64,000 nt of DNA from the NCBI GenBank assembly GCA_020445565.1, contig JAGRGI010000032.1, positions 13,294 through 77,293 on the forward strand, given 5' to 3'. A program made the translations under genes and the position numbers. The stretch is from Chromatiales bacterium. Its GTDB lineage: Bacteria > Pseudomonadota > Gammaproteobacteria > JAGRCI01. The notes beneath the pieces were generated by a model. The model was given only the letters and a program-made list of their open reading frames with translations, was not told the origin of the DNA and did no database searches. Below are positions 21,057 to 29,975 of the stretch, one piece after another (the first letter of the stretch is position 1; each line of letters begins with the position of its first letter).

Positions 21057-21965
21057 TCATCCTCCATACAATGGTCGCCACGACAATACGGCGTAATGTC
21101 TCCCGTCGTCCGGCGACAGCGAAACCGTGGCCTCGAAACGATAGGCCGAGCCGTCTTCAGCGCGAATCCCAACCCTGACCAGATAAACATGCTGCTGCAC
21201 CTTGGGTGTGCCGCCACCGAAGGAGACACCACCGCCACCACCGGCAGATCGGCTACGCACCAACACGCCGGTTCGCGCATTGCGTTGATCTATAGTGGCT
21301 GCCGCCTGATCCCCCTTTAGCAATTGCAGCAGGGCCTCCGGGGCATCCAAGTCGCTGATCGTTGCCGACGAGCTGTGAACGGTGAGGAAATCAGATAGTT
21401 TGTCGTACCAATAGGGGGTAACACCAAGTACGTTGTTGAGTTCCTCGACACTTTCGAACAGGCCATTTCTCGGCCCTGCTCTGCCCGCGCGCTCATAGTC
21501 GCTGCGTTCCGCACCGTTCGGCTTACGCAGATCATCGGCGTCTCGCCAGTCTTCCACGGCATCCAAAAACGAAGAAACAAACCCCTCCTCCATGCCGACA
21601 CCCCGCAGCAGGGTGGCAAACAAGGCCCGTGGAGCAGAATTCAAGTCAATCAGACCCGAGGCATGCAGCAGCTCGATAGTCATCCGGTCATTGCCCCATG
21701 CCAGGGCGTTGGGGATTCCTGCCTCGTTCAGGACTCTCTGAGAGAGCGGCCTCAAGAGGTCATCGATTGCGTAGGCCAGACCGGCTTCGGCGGCAGCCTG
21801 CAACCGAATCTGGTGCGTCACGTTGGCTACGACACGCGTCTCCACACGCCCAGAATAGACCAGCGCCGCGACCATCACACTCATCAAGGCCGTGACCCAA
21901 AGTACCAGCACCAGAGCCATTCCCGCCTGAGAACGGCTGTTACCGCCTGACTGTGGCCTAACCAT
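21057..21965 (-). CDS. gspK: type II secretion system minor pseudopilin GspK
   Basis: Start at MVRPQSGG...AGMALVLVLWVTALMSVM, a non-cleaved pilin-like N-terminus. The large periplasmic domain is typical of GspK. Start overlaps the gspJ stop. Confidence 0.7.
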   Translation of the reverse strand: MVRPQSGGNSRSQAGMALVLVLWVTALMSVMVAALVYSGRVETRVVANVTHQIRLQAAAEAGLAYAIDDLLRPLSQRVLNEAGIPNALAWGNDRMTIELLHASGLIDLNSAPRALFATLLRGVGMEEGFVSSFLDAVEDWRDADDLRKPNGAERSDYERAGRAGPRNGLFESVEELNNVLGVTPYWYDKLSDFLTVHSSSATISDLDAPEALLQLLKGDQAAATIDQRNARTGVLVRSRSAGGGGGVSFGGGTPKVQQHVYLVRVGIRAEDGSAYRFEATVSLSPDDGRHYAVLSWRPLYGG

Positions 21966-22584
21966 TGAGTCGCACCAACAGAACCATCGGCGACCGGTCC
22001 CGTTCAACGAATTCGATGCGAACCGCTTCCGGAAGCCGCTCTTCCTCCTGCCATTCGTCCCCCCAGCTTGCCACCTGGCCTTGCTCTCGGCGCCCCCAAT
22101 ACGCAATGCCGATCAGCTGCAGGTGGTCCAGGAGAACAGTCTCCTTCAGCTCGCTGGCAGAGTCGTCACTCTGTGAGCCGCCGCCGAACAACTGCGTCAT
22201 TCGCAAAATCAGCTTCCGCCCTGCACGAGTCTCCTCGACACGAATATCAAACCGATACAGCCCGCCAAATCCGAGTTGCTGCAAGGCGGGGGCAGCGAAT
22301 CGGAAACTATGGGAATCGCCAACGAACGAAGGTGTCTTTACCCCGTCAAGGTCCAACGCCACAGACTGGGAGCGCCCCAACAAACGTGACAGGACATCGT
22401 AGGTGGAAAACGTTCGCTCCGACGCCAGCAGGCGAGACTCCGCGCCTTCCCAGGCGCGCGATACGGTATGCAGGGCACTGAACAGGATCAGCAGACTGAG
22501 GGCAATCAGCACAAAAGCGACCAGCACCTCCACCAGGGTGAAGCCCCTGACGGCCCGCGGCAACTTTCTGCTACAGGGCAGCAT
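21958..22584 (-). CDS. gspJ: type II secretion system minor pseudopilin GspJ
   Basis: Prepilin-type N-terminus ...RG|FTLVEVLVAFVLIAL. An alternative TTG start at 22563 would give a canonical 6-aa leader. Confidence 0.8.
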   Translation of the reverse strand: MLPCSRKLPRAVRGFTLVEVLVAFVLIALSLLILFSALHTVSRAWEGAESRLLASERTFSTYDVLSRLLGRSQSVALDLDGVKTPSFVGDSHSFRFAAPALQQLGFGGLYRFDIRVEETRAGRKLILRMTQLFGGGSQSDDSASELKETVLLDHLQLIGIAYWGRREQGQVASWGDEWQEEERLPEAVRIEFVERDRSPMVLLVRLNG

Positions 22585-22963
22585 CGGTACTTGCGCGGCG
22601 CAGAGACTCCAAGGAGAAGCTGCGTTGACGGGAACCGCCTCCCCAGGAAACCTCCACCGTAATGGCGAACAGGCGCGACGGAGACGCTGCCTCTTCGGAG
22701 GCAGCGAATGGTTCCACTGTTACCTGCCATCGGAAGCCGTCGCCTTGTTCGCCCGAAGCCGCTCCCCGCTCCAGCGGTATCTCGATCCCGACTCCGGCCA
22801 GCAGGGTCTGGGCAATTCGGGCCGCTTGGCCATAGCGCTCGGCCACATACATCCCTCTCACCGCATTACCCGCAGCCTGCAGGAGTACCGTCACCAACAG
22901 GGCGAGAATCACGAAAGCGACCAACACCTCCAGCAGGGTAAAACCGGCCTGACGCCTATTCAC
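22571..22963 (-). CDS. gspI: type II secretion system minor pseudopilin GspI
   Basis: GTG start overlapping the gspH stop (GTGAATAG) gives leader MNRRQAG|FTLLEVLVAFVILALL. The track start at 22996 would give an implausibly long leader. Confidence 0.8.
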   Translation of the reverse strand: MNRRQAGFTLLEVLVAFVILALLVTVLLQAAGNAVRGMYVAERYGQAARIAQTLLAGVGIEIPLERGAASGEQGDGFRWQVTVEPFAASEEAASPSRLFAITVEVSWGGGSRQRSFSLESLRRASTDAAL

Positions 22964-23441
22964 CGAATTCGACCTGACCGGTAAGCCAGTCCACACGTAT
23001 GACGTACAAGCGATTTTCCATGGACAGGTCTACGCCGCCTCCGGTGGATGTGCCATCCGGAAAGAATCGCACCGACCCGATCTGGTCAGACTCGGTTTCG
23101 GATTGCGCCGTGTGTAGACGGATCTCCACGCCTTCGGGAAAAAATCTGGGGGAGTTCTGCCCAGGGACGAAATACGCCCTTTTGCCCAGATCGAAGCGTA
23201 CGTCCGTCGGCTGGTTTGCAGCGATGGCCTTGCTACGCGCCAGCTTGAGGCCCGCAGCCAGTTCCCGCGCCGCACCCTGCAACTCCATGCCCTGCATTAC
23301 CTTGCCAATGAGCGGCGGCGTCAATGCCGCAATCAGGCCGAGGAGAACCAGCACCAGCATCATTTCCAGCAGTGAGAACCCCCGACTGCCGGCAAGGAAC
23401 AGAGACCTATTGCCAGTTGCCAATATCGCTGTTTTCGCCAT
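22956..23441 (-). CDS. gspH: type II secretion system minor pseudopilin GspH
   Basis: Prepilin N-terminus ...SRG|FSLLEMMLVLVLLGLIAA. The track start at 23498 overlaps gspG by 92 nt; the ATG at 23441 (MAKTAI), or a CTG just after the gspG stop, is more plausible. Confidence 0.7.
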   Translation of the reverse strand: MAKTAILATGNRSLFLAGSRGFSLLEMMLVLVLLGLIAALTPPLIGKVMQGMELQGAARELAAGLKLARSKAIAANQPTDVRFDLGKRAYFVPGQNSPRFFPEGVEIRLHTAQSETESDQIGSVRFFPDGTSTGGGVDLSMENRLYVIRVDWLTGQVEFGE

Positions 23442-23832
23442 CGCCGCCGGGTTGATTGTCCTGGCCCAGCGTAAACAGATCAAAGGTCTCGTGTTCACCT
23501 GGCATCTTGTATTGATAGGGGTTTCCCCAAGGATCCAGCGGGATGTTCTTTTTCTTCAGATAAGGGCCGTTCCAGCGGGTACCTCCCGCCGGTGCTTCCA
23601 CCAGCGCCTGCAAGCCTTCCTGGTTGTTGGGATAACGCCCCACATCCAGTCGATAGAGGTCCAGGGCGGCTGCCATGTCCTGTATCTGCAACCGCGCCGT
23701 ATCCGTTTTTGCGCCACCCAGGTAGTTGATGACCCGCGGACCGACGACGCCGGCCAGGAGGCCGAGGATCACCAGCACCACAAGTAGCTCGATCAAGGTA
23801 AAGCCGCTATGACCCACGCGAGCGTGTCGCAT
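23407..23832 (-). CDS. gspG: type II secretion system major pseudopilin GspG
   Basis: Leader MRHARVGHSG|FTLIELLVVLVILGLLAG. Conserved GspG core (GRYPNNQEGLQALV...WGNPYQY...DLFTLGQDNQPGGDGENSDIGNW). Confidence 0.9.
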   Translation of the reverse strand: MRHARVGHSGFTLIELLVVLVILGLLAGVVGPRVINYLGGAKTDTARLQIQDMAAALDLYRLDVGRYPNNQEGLQALVEAPAGGTRWNGPYLKKKNIPLDPWGNPYQYKMPGEHETFDLFTLGQDNQPGGDGENSDIGNWQ

Positions 23833-23894
23833 TTTACTCTCCTGAAATCATGAGCAATCAATCCGCTCCGGCGTGACCGCGAGCGAAACTTCGA

Positions 23895-25115
23895 CTAGAA
23901 GGCCAGTTCGTTGACGCCAAGGATCGCCACCAAAATCGACATGATGATGCCGGCGATAACGGCGCCGAGGCCAAGTATGATCACTGGCTCAGCCAACGCC
24001 AACAGGCGTTTGATGGCTGCCTGAACCTCGCCATCGTAGACGCTGGCGACCTTGAGAAGCATACGCTCCAGCTTGCCGCTCTCCTCGCCCACCTGCATCA
24101 TGTGCAGTGCAAACGGAGGAAAACGCCGGCCTTCCACAAGAGTTTCCGCCAACCCTGCCCCTTCACGCAGGGAAAGCTCCGCCCGCTCGACTTCTTCGGC
24201 GAGCACGCGATTGGAAAGCGTACCTGCGGCAATCTGCATGGCCTGTAGCAAATGAACGCCATTTTCCATCAAGGTTCCCAGGGTTCGGCTGAAACGCGCC
24301 GTTTCGATCTTGGCAATCAGATCGCCGACCATCGGCAGCGACAGCAATCGGGCATCCAGCCAACGTCGCCGTCCCTCATCCCGAAACAAACGCTTCAGCC
24401 CCCAGACCAATATTGCCAAACCAATGGCCATCAACCAACCGTAGTCACGAAACAAATCGCCGGCCAGCATGACCACGCGGGTGGGCGTCGGCAAGGCTTG
24501 CCCCATGTCCTCGAACATCTGCGCAAATTGGGGAACCACGAACACCAGCAATACGATCACCGACAGGACCGCCACACCGAGCAGAATCGCAGGATAGATC
24601 AGCGCAGAGGAAACCGAACGCCTTAGCTCCTGAGCCTTTTCCATGTAGTCGGCCAGACGGGCGAGCACCAGATCCAGCGCCCCTCCAGCCTCGCCGGCGC
24701 GCACCATATTCAGGTACAGGCGGCCGAACAGCTCCTCCCGGCTTTCCAAAGCCTCGGAAAAGGAATGACCCGACTGAATCCCGGCACGCAATTCCTCGAT
24801 CATAGCGACGACAGCGGAATTTTCAGAGGTGTCGACCAGCACGCCCAGGGCCCTGTCCAGAGGCAATCCGGCATCCAACAAGGTTGCCAACTCGCCGGTC
24901 AGGTGTACCAGGTCGGCTCGCCTTATGCGTTCTTTGGAGAACAGCCGGCGATGGCTTTTCCTGCCACCGGCGCTCTGCGTGGATCGGCCGACCTCCAGGG
25001 GCAACAGACCCATGCGGTTGATTTGTTCTACCGCATCGTTCTCGCTGACGCCCTCCAACTCGCCGTCACGTATCTCCCCGTCCGTCCCGATGGCACGGTA
25101 TTGAAAGCGGGCCAT
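23895..25115 (-). CDS. gspF: type II secretion system inner-membrane platform protein GspF
   Basis: 406 aa with duplicated GspF/PilC cytoplasmic domains and three TM segments. Start follows the gspE stop by 3 nt. Confidence 0.9.
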   Translation of the reverse strand: MARFQYRAIGTDGEIRDGELEGVSENDAVEQINRMGLLPLEVGRSTQSAGGRKSHRRLFSKERIRRADLVHLTGELATLLDAGLPLDRALGVLVDTSENSAVVAMIEELRAGIQSGHSFSEALESREELFGRLYLNMVRAGEAGGALDLVLARLADYMEKAQELRRSVSSALIYPAILLGVAVLSVIVLLVFVVPQFAQMFEDMGQALPTPTRVVMLAGDLFRDYGWLMAIGLAILVWGLKRLFRDEGRRRWLDARLLSLPMVGDLIAKIETARFSRTLGTLMENGVHLLQAMQIAAGTLSNRVLAEEVERAELSLREGAGLAETLVEGRRFPPFALHMMQVGEESGKLERMLLKVASVYDGEVQAAIKRLLALAEPVIILGLGAVIAGIIMSILVAILGVNELAF

Positions 25116-25117
25116 GG

Positions 25118-26830
25118 CTATTCTTCCCGCGTCACACGCAGCACTTCTTCCACCGTGGTGAGACCCAGGGCAGCCTTGAGGATGCCGTCTTCATACATGG
25201 TGCGCATACCCAGCTCACGGGCCTTGGCCTGCAATACCCCGGCATCGGCCCGATCCAGCACCAGACGCCGCAGGGGATCGGTAAGAGTCAGCAACTCATG
25301 GATGCCGACCCGGCCGCGAAAGCCGGTGTGGCCGCATTCGTCGCAACCGGTGGAATGCCAGAGGGTGTGATCCGTCCCCGTCAGCAGGTGATCGATACCC
25401 ATTTCCCGCAGGGACTCGGGCAGGGCCTGATAGGGCTGTTTGCAGTGTCCGCACAGACGACGCACCAGGCGCTGGGCCAGAATGCCGTTGACCGTGGAAG
25501 TGATGAGATAGTCTTCCACCCCCATATCCAGCAAACGGGTCACGCCACTGGGGGCATCGTTGGTGTGCAGAGTGGAGAGCACCAGGTGGCCGGTGAGGGC
25601 CGACTGAATGGCGATCTGAGCGGTTTCCAGGTCACGCATCTCGCCGATCATGATGATGTCCGGATCCTGACGCACGATGGCGCGCAGGGCATTGGCAAAA
25701 GTCAGGCCGATCTCCGCCTTGACGTGGATCTGGTTGATGCCTTCAAGCTGGTACTCCACCGGGTCTTCGACGGTGAGGATCTTGTTCTCCGGCCGGTTCA
25801 GACCGGTGAGCCCGGCATAGAGCGTGGTGGTCTTGCCGCTGCCGGTGGGACCGGTGACCAGCAATATGCCATTTGGCTTGTCCAGCAGCTCTTTCATGCC
25901 GGCCAGGGTGTCGGGGGCGAAATCGAGCGCGTCCAGGCTCATCTCCACACTGCCCTTGTCGAGAATACGCATGACCACGCTTTCGCCGTGCAGGGTGGGA
26001 ACGGTGGATACACGCAGGTCGATCTCCTTACCCTGCACCCGCAGTTGAATGCGGCCGTCCTGGGGCAGGCGCCGTTCGGCGATGTTGAGCTTGGACATGA
26101 TCTTTACACGCGAAATCACCGCCGCGGTGAGTTTGGCCGGCGGCGACTCGACCTCGTGCAGCACACCATCGATGCGGTAGCGCACCTTGAGGCTGTTCAT
26201 GAACGGCTCTATATGAATATCGGAGACACGCGAGTCCACGGCGCGGGTGATGATCAGGTTCACCAGGCGGATCACCGGCGCCTCGCTGGCCATGTCCTTG
26301 AGACGTTGCAGATCGTCGGCTTCGGAGCCGGCGGCACCACCCAGATCCTCGATCAGCTCGTCGCGTTTGCCACCGTAAAGCCGCTCCAGAGCAGCCTCAA
26401 TCTCCGACGGCATGGCCAGCACCACATCGATCTTGCGCCCGGTGGCCAGCGCCAGGGCATTGCGCGAGAATTCGTCCTGCGGACAGGCCATGGCCACCGT
26501 AAGGGTGTCGTCGGTCTCTTCCAGGGGCAGGATTTTGGAATGCTTGAGAAAAGGCACGGGTATGGCGTCTTCCATCACGACAAATTCCGGGAAACCGGTC
26601 TTGGTCACCAGTCTCACACCCAGGTGCTCGGCCAGAATCGGCCCCAGATCCCGCTCCGAAATCATGCCCAGCCGCACCAGCAGGAAACCCAGCAATCCCT
26701 CGGTTTCCTGCTGAGTGCGAAGGGCACGATCCAGGTCCACTGGCTGTAGTTTGCCGGCTTGCACCAGACGCTCGCCCAGCTTTAAGGGCGCCGACGCCGG
26801 GGCGGTGGAGATTTCCGTGTCGTTTTGCAT
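25118..26830 (-). CDS. gspE: type II secretion system ATPase GspE
   Basis: 570 aa. N1 domain, Walker A GPTGSGKTT, Asp and His boxes, and the tetracysteine Zn motif CGHCK...CDECGHTGFRGR. Confidence 0.9.
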   Translation of the reverse strand: MQNDTEISTAPASAPLKLGERLVQAGKLQPVDLDRALRTQQETEGLLGFLLVRLGMISERDLGPILAEHLGVRLVTKTGFPEFVVMEDAIPVPFLKHSKILPLEETDDTLTVAMACPQDEFSRNALALATGRKIDVVLAMPSEIEAALERLYGGKRDELIEDLGGAAGSEADDLQRLKDMASEAPVIRLVNLIITRAVDSRVSDIHIEPFMNSLKVRYRIDGVLHEVESPPAKLTAAVISRVKIMSKLNIAERRLPQDGRIQLRVQGKEIDLRVSTVPTLHGESVVMRILDKGSVEMSLDALDFAPDTLAGMKELLDKPNGILLVTGPTGSGKTTTLYAGLTGLNRPENKILTVEDPVEYQLEGINQIHVKAEIGLTFANALRAIVRQDPDIIMIGEMRDLETAQIAIQSALTGHLVLSTLHTNDAPSGVTRLLDMGVEDYLITSTVNGILAQRLVRRLCGHCKQPYQALPESLREMGIDHLLTGTDHTLWHSTGCDECGHTGFRGRVGIHELLTLTDPLRRLVLDRADAGVLQAKARELGMRTMYEDGILKAALGLTTVEEVLRVTREE

Positions 26831-26859
26831 AGGGCCGTTAGTGTAGCGGGTCTTGGCCT

Positions 26860-28290
26860 CTAATGCGGGATTTCCACCCGCGTTCCGGGCAACAGGGACC
26901 CCAACCGGCGGCGGAGTTCGCTCTTGGCGTCTTCGTCGCCATGTACCAGGCGAACGATGGCGGGCGGGGTCGGGATCTTGCGGACGAAGTTGAGCAGATC
27001 TTTCTGCCCGGCATGGGCCGAATAGCCGGAGAGCTGATGGATGCGGGCGCGAATTTCGTAGCGGCGGCCATCCAGCATCACATAGCCGCCGCGTGGGCCG
27101 TAGTATTGTATGTCGCTTCCGGGAGTTCCTCGTGCCTGGTACCCGACAAAAACGATGTCGTGGCGGGCATCGCCCAACATGGCCTTAAGGTAATTGACAA
27201 TACGGCCGCCGGCACACATGCCGCTGGCGGCGATTACCACACAAGGGCGTTTGGACTTGGCCAGGTAATCCACTGTGTGCATATGATCGGCGTGACTGTC
27301 GACGGTGGTGAGCTGTTCGAAAGACAGGGGGTGACGGCCCGACTTCAAACGCTGTCGAGCCTCGGCATCCCAGAAAGGTTTCAGTTTTCGGTAGGCTTCG
27401 GTGAACCGACTGGCCAGAGGGGAATCGACAACGATCTCCAGGTCTTCCCAGGGCAGACCTTTTTTTACCGGGCCGCTGCCGCCGTGGTGAATCAGATCCT
27501 CCAGTTCGTAAAGCAAGTCCTGGGTACGACCGATACTGAAGGCCGGAATCAGCACCGTCCCGCCATCCGCCAGGGCGTGTTCCAACACCTCCTGGAGTCG
27601 AAAGCGACGGTTGCGGCGGTCTTCGTGATTCCTGTCGCCGTAGGTACTCTCCAAAACGACCGTATGGGCGGCACGGGGAGGGCGAGGCGCCGGCAACAGC
27701 GGCGCCCAGGGGGCTCCCAGGTCACCGGAGAATACCGTGACCGGCGCATCCTCGCCCCCCGCCCGACACTCCACATAGGCGGACCCGAGAATGTGCCCGG
27801 CGCGTTGCAGGCGGATGAACACCGGCTCCGGCGTGCCCAGATCGAGGTCTTGCCAGCAGTCATAAGAAAGCGGTCTCAGACGCCGCTCCAATAGCGACAG
27901 AAAGCGCTCCACCAGTTTGCGGTCACGGGTAAAACCCACCTTCACCGCATCCTCCAGCACCAGCGGCAAAAGTAACGCCGAAGGCTCGCTGCAATAAATG
28001 GGGCCATCGAAACCGGCCGCCAACAGATAGGGTATGCGCCCTACATGGTCGATGTGCACGTGGGTAACGATCAGCGCCTTGATCTGACCGATGGGGAAAT
28101 CGATCTCCAGGTGTTCCGCCCCGGCCTTGCCGGAGGTCTCGGCCCCCTGAAACAGTCCACAGTCAATCAACAGGGAATGGTCTGCGTCCACCCGCCATTC
28201 GTGGCAGGAACCGGTGACGCCATTGAGGGCGCCGTGATGCACAATTTGGGGAAACTCAGCCAATGGGGATTCCTCCTTGTTGACGCTCAC
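26860..28290 (-). CDS. MBL-fold metallo-hydrolase with beta-CASP/RNA-specificity domain (RNase J/CPSF-like)
   Basis: Metallo-beta-lactamase motif HVHIDHVG and the later motifs (STYGD...; ...SGHS/SAHAG) characteristic of beta-CASP nucleases. 476 aa. Confidence 0.75.
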   Translation of the reverse strand: MSVNKEESPLAEFPQIVHHGALNGVTGSCHEWRVDADHSLLIDCGLFQGAETSGKAGAEHLEIDFPIGQIKALIVTHVHIDHVGRIPYLLAAGFDGPIYCSEPSALLLPLVLEDAVKVGFTRDRKLVERFLSLLERRLRPLSYDCWQDLDLGTPEPVFIRLQRAGHILGSAYVECRAGGEDAPVTVFSGDLGAPWAPLLPAPRPPRAAHTVVLESTYGDRNHEDRRNRRFRLQEVLEHALADGGTVLIPAFSIGRTQDLLYELEDLIHHGGSGPVKKGLPWEDLEIVVDSPLASRFTEAYRKLKPFWDAEARQRLKSGRHPLSFEQLTTVDSHADHMHTVDYLAKSKRPCVVIAASGMCAGGRIVNYLKAMLGDARHDIVFVGYQARGTPGSDIQYYGPRGGYVMLDGRRYEIRARIHQLSGYSAHAGQKDLLNFVRKIPTPPAIVRLVHGDEDAKSELRRRLGSLLPGTRVEIPH

Positions 28291-28295
28291 ATAGT

Positions 28296-28886
28296 TCAGG
28301 GCCAGAGACCGCCAAGTGGCAATTCGATGGCGTCGAACGGCGGCAAACGGACAACGTCATCATCCTTGTGGGCACTCAGCAGAACCCAACGCTGGTTTTC
28401 CAGGGCGTAGGCCTCAAGGATCCGCTGATCCGGATCGATCAACCACAAATGCTGTACTTCCTGAGCCGCGTAGATGGGCATCTTCACGACCCGGTCGTCC
28501 CGTGCGGTGGAGGGCGACAGGATCTCGCAGATCCAGTCAGGTGGGAGTTCGAACCAAGCCGTTTCCGGTAACTCCGGCATGCGCTCGCGCCGCCAGCCGG
28601 CGAGATCGGGAACCAGGACATGAGCGGCCAGGTGCAGCTCCGGTTCGTCGAGAATCCACCGACCTCCCGGTCCTCCGACCCCCCGCCAGAATGGCGGCGT
28701 CAACTCGGCACCAAGCAAGGAACTGACCACGGCATGGCGCGGTGCAGGACGTGGATGGGTATGCAGGCGGCCATCGATGATCTCTGCCACCAAGTGTTCG
28801 GGCACCTGGAGCAGATCTTCGTAGGTGGCTTCTCTGAGTACGGTATTGGCCATGAGAACTCCGGCAATCAGCCGAAAGTATGGCAC
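28296..28886 (-). CDS. Uma2-family (DUF820) putative restriction-endonuclease-like protein
   Basis: 196 aa with N-terminal ...ATYEDLLQVPEHLVAEIIDGRL... and PD-(D/E)xK-like core (VPDLAG...EILSPST). Start 6 nt after the stop of the beta-CASP gene. Confidence 0.75.
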   Translation of the reverse strand: MPYFRLIAGVLMANTVLREATYEDLLQVPEHLVAEIIDGRLHTHPRPAPRHAVVSSLLGAELTPPFWRGVGGPGGRWILDEPELHLAAHVLVPDLAGWRRERMPELPETAWFELPPDWICEILSPSTARDDRVVKMPIYAAQEVQHLWLIDPDQRILEAYALENQRWVLLSAHKDDDVVRLPPFDAIELPLGGLWP

Positions 28887-29013
28887 AGCGGGTTATCCGA
28901 GACGAACGGGGCATGAAGTGCGATAACCTGACAGGACCCAATGACCGTCCCTACAGCGTCATGGTCCCCAAAAAATGCGCCAGGACGAGCCCCGGCGCAA
29001 ACACCTAGTCGGA

Positions 29014-29619
29014 CTATACGAAAAGATTCACATCCGCCTTCATCGCCCGCGGCAGGAAGCTGGCCGCCCCTACCCATTCGTGGACCTCATCGATGAACTG
29101 CTCCTTGGCGTAGTCGAACAGATCCACCGTCATCTGGCAGGCCACCAGCTTCACCTCGGCCTCAATGCAGGCGGCGCGCAGCTCTTCAATGCGGGCAATA
29201 CCCTTATTGTCCATGGTCTTGCGCATCATGCTGGTGGCCATGCCCTGGAAACCCGGCACAAGACTCATCAACGAGGTGGGCACCGGAATCTCCTTGCCAC
29301 GGATCCAACCCGGACCTTCGGGCATTTTCATTGGCATGGCAGGATTGCCCAACGGTGTCACCTTCAGGTCCAGCTCCTTTTTCAGCAGGCTCAAGCCATA
29401 GAAGGTGAAAAAGATCGAGACCTCCCAGCCAAGGGCGGCGGCAGTAGAGGCGAGGATGAAGGGCGGATAGGCCATGTCCAACGTGCCCTTGGTGGCAATG
29501 ATGGTCATTGACGGGACATGGGCTGCCTGCCGTTCCGCCATCTTCTCGTCAAAGCGGCGATCGAACCAGGCATCCCAATCCGATTCGGGACTCGCCAATA
29601 TCTGTGCCGTATTGCTCAT
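29014..29619 (-). CDS. DsrE/DsrF-like family sulfur-relay protein
   Basis: 201 aa with a DsrE-fold core (TIIATKGTLDMAYPPFILASTAA...) and a conserved Cys (VACQMT). Immediately downstream of tusA, an arrangement typical of sulfur oxidisers (tusA-dsrE2). Confidence 0.65.
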   Translation of the reverse strand: MSNTAQILASPESDWDAWFDRRFDEKMAERQAAHVPSMTIIATKGTLDMAYPPFILASTAAALGWEVSIFFTFYGLSLLKKELDLKVTPLGNPAMPMKMPEGPGWIRGKEIPVPTSLMSLVPGFQGMATSMMRKTMDNKGIARIEELRAACIEAEVKLVACQMTVDLFDYAKEQFIDEVHEWVGAASFLPRAMKADVNLFV

Positions 29620-29637
29620 GATCTACCTCCCGGCCAC

Positions 29638-29868
29638 TCAGGCCTTACGAATCTGAAAGACGAACTTGCCCTCGGCCGCCTCGCTGGAGAGCAGCTCATG
29701 GCCAGTTTCTTTGCAAAACGAGCTCAAATCCTTTACCGAGCCCGGATCGGTGGAGATGACCTCAAGAATCTCCCCTCTATCCAGGGGCGCCAACGCCTTT
29801 TTCGTGCGCAGAATCGGCAGCGGACAGTTCAGACCCGAAGCATCCAGGGTGTGCATGGTTTCGGACAT
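29638..29868 (-). CDS. tusA: TusA-like sulfurtransferase
   Basis: 76 aa with the canonical CPxP active-site motif (DASGLNCPLPILRTKKAL). AAGGAG RBS 7 nt upstream. Confidence 0.85.
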   Translation of the reverse strand: MSETMHTLDASGLNCPLPILRTKKALAPLDRGEILEVISTDPGSVKDLSSFCKETGHELLSSEAAEGKFVFQIRKA

Positions 29869-29893
29869 GGCATTCTCCTTCGTCAGATTTGAG

Positions 29894-29909
29894 ATGACCG
29901 GTCGGTCCA
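29894..29909. promoter_or_regulatory. inverted-repeat operator (GACCG-N2-CGGTC) in the tusA-dsrE promoter region, putative TetR site
   Basis: A 12-mer GACCGGTCGGTC lies 28-40 nt upstream of the tusA start. The identical 12-mer occurs upstream of the adjacent tetR gene. Confidence 0.55.
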
Positions 29910-29975
29910 GTCGTTAGGCAAACTAAAACCCGGATTTTCACAAGTCAGGACAATCGCATCGGCGTTCCGCTGACC

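Noticed and set aside
25298-26749. 483-aa plus-strand ORF
   Set aside because: Antisense to gspE. gspE has unambiguous Walker and tetracysteine motifs, so the opposite frame is an artefact.
26863-27894. 343-aa plus-strand ORF
   Set aside because: Antisense to the beta-CASP hydrolase gene.
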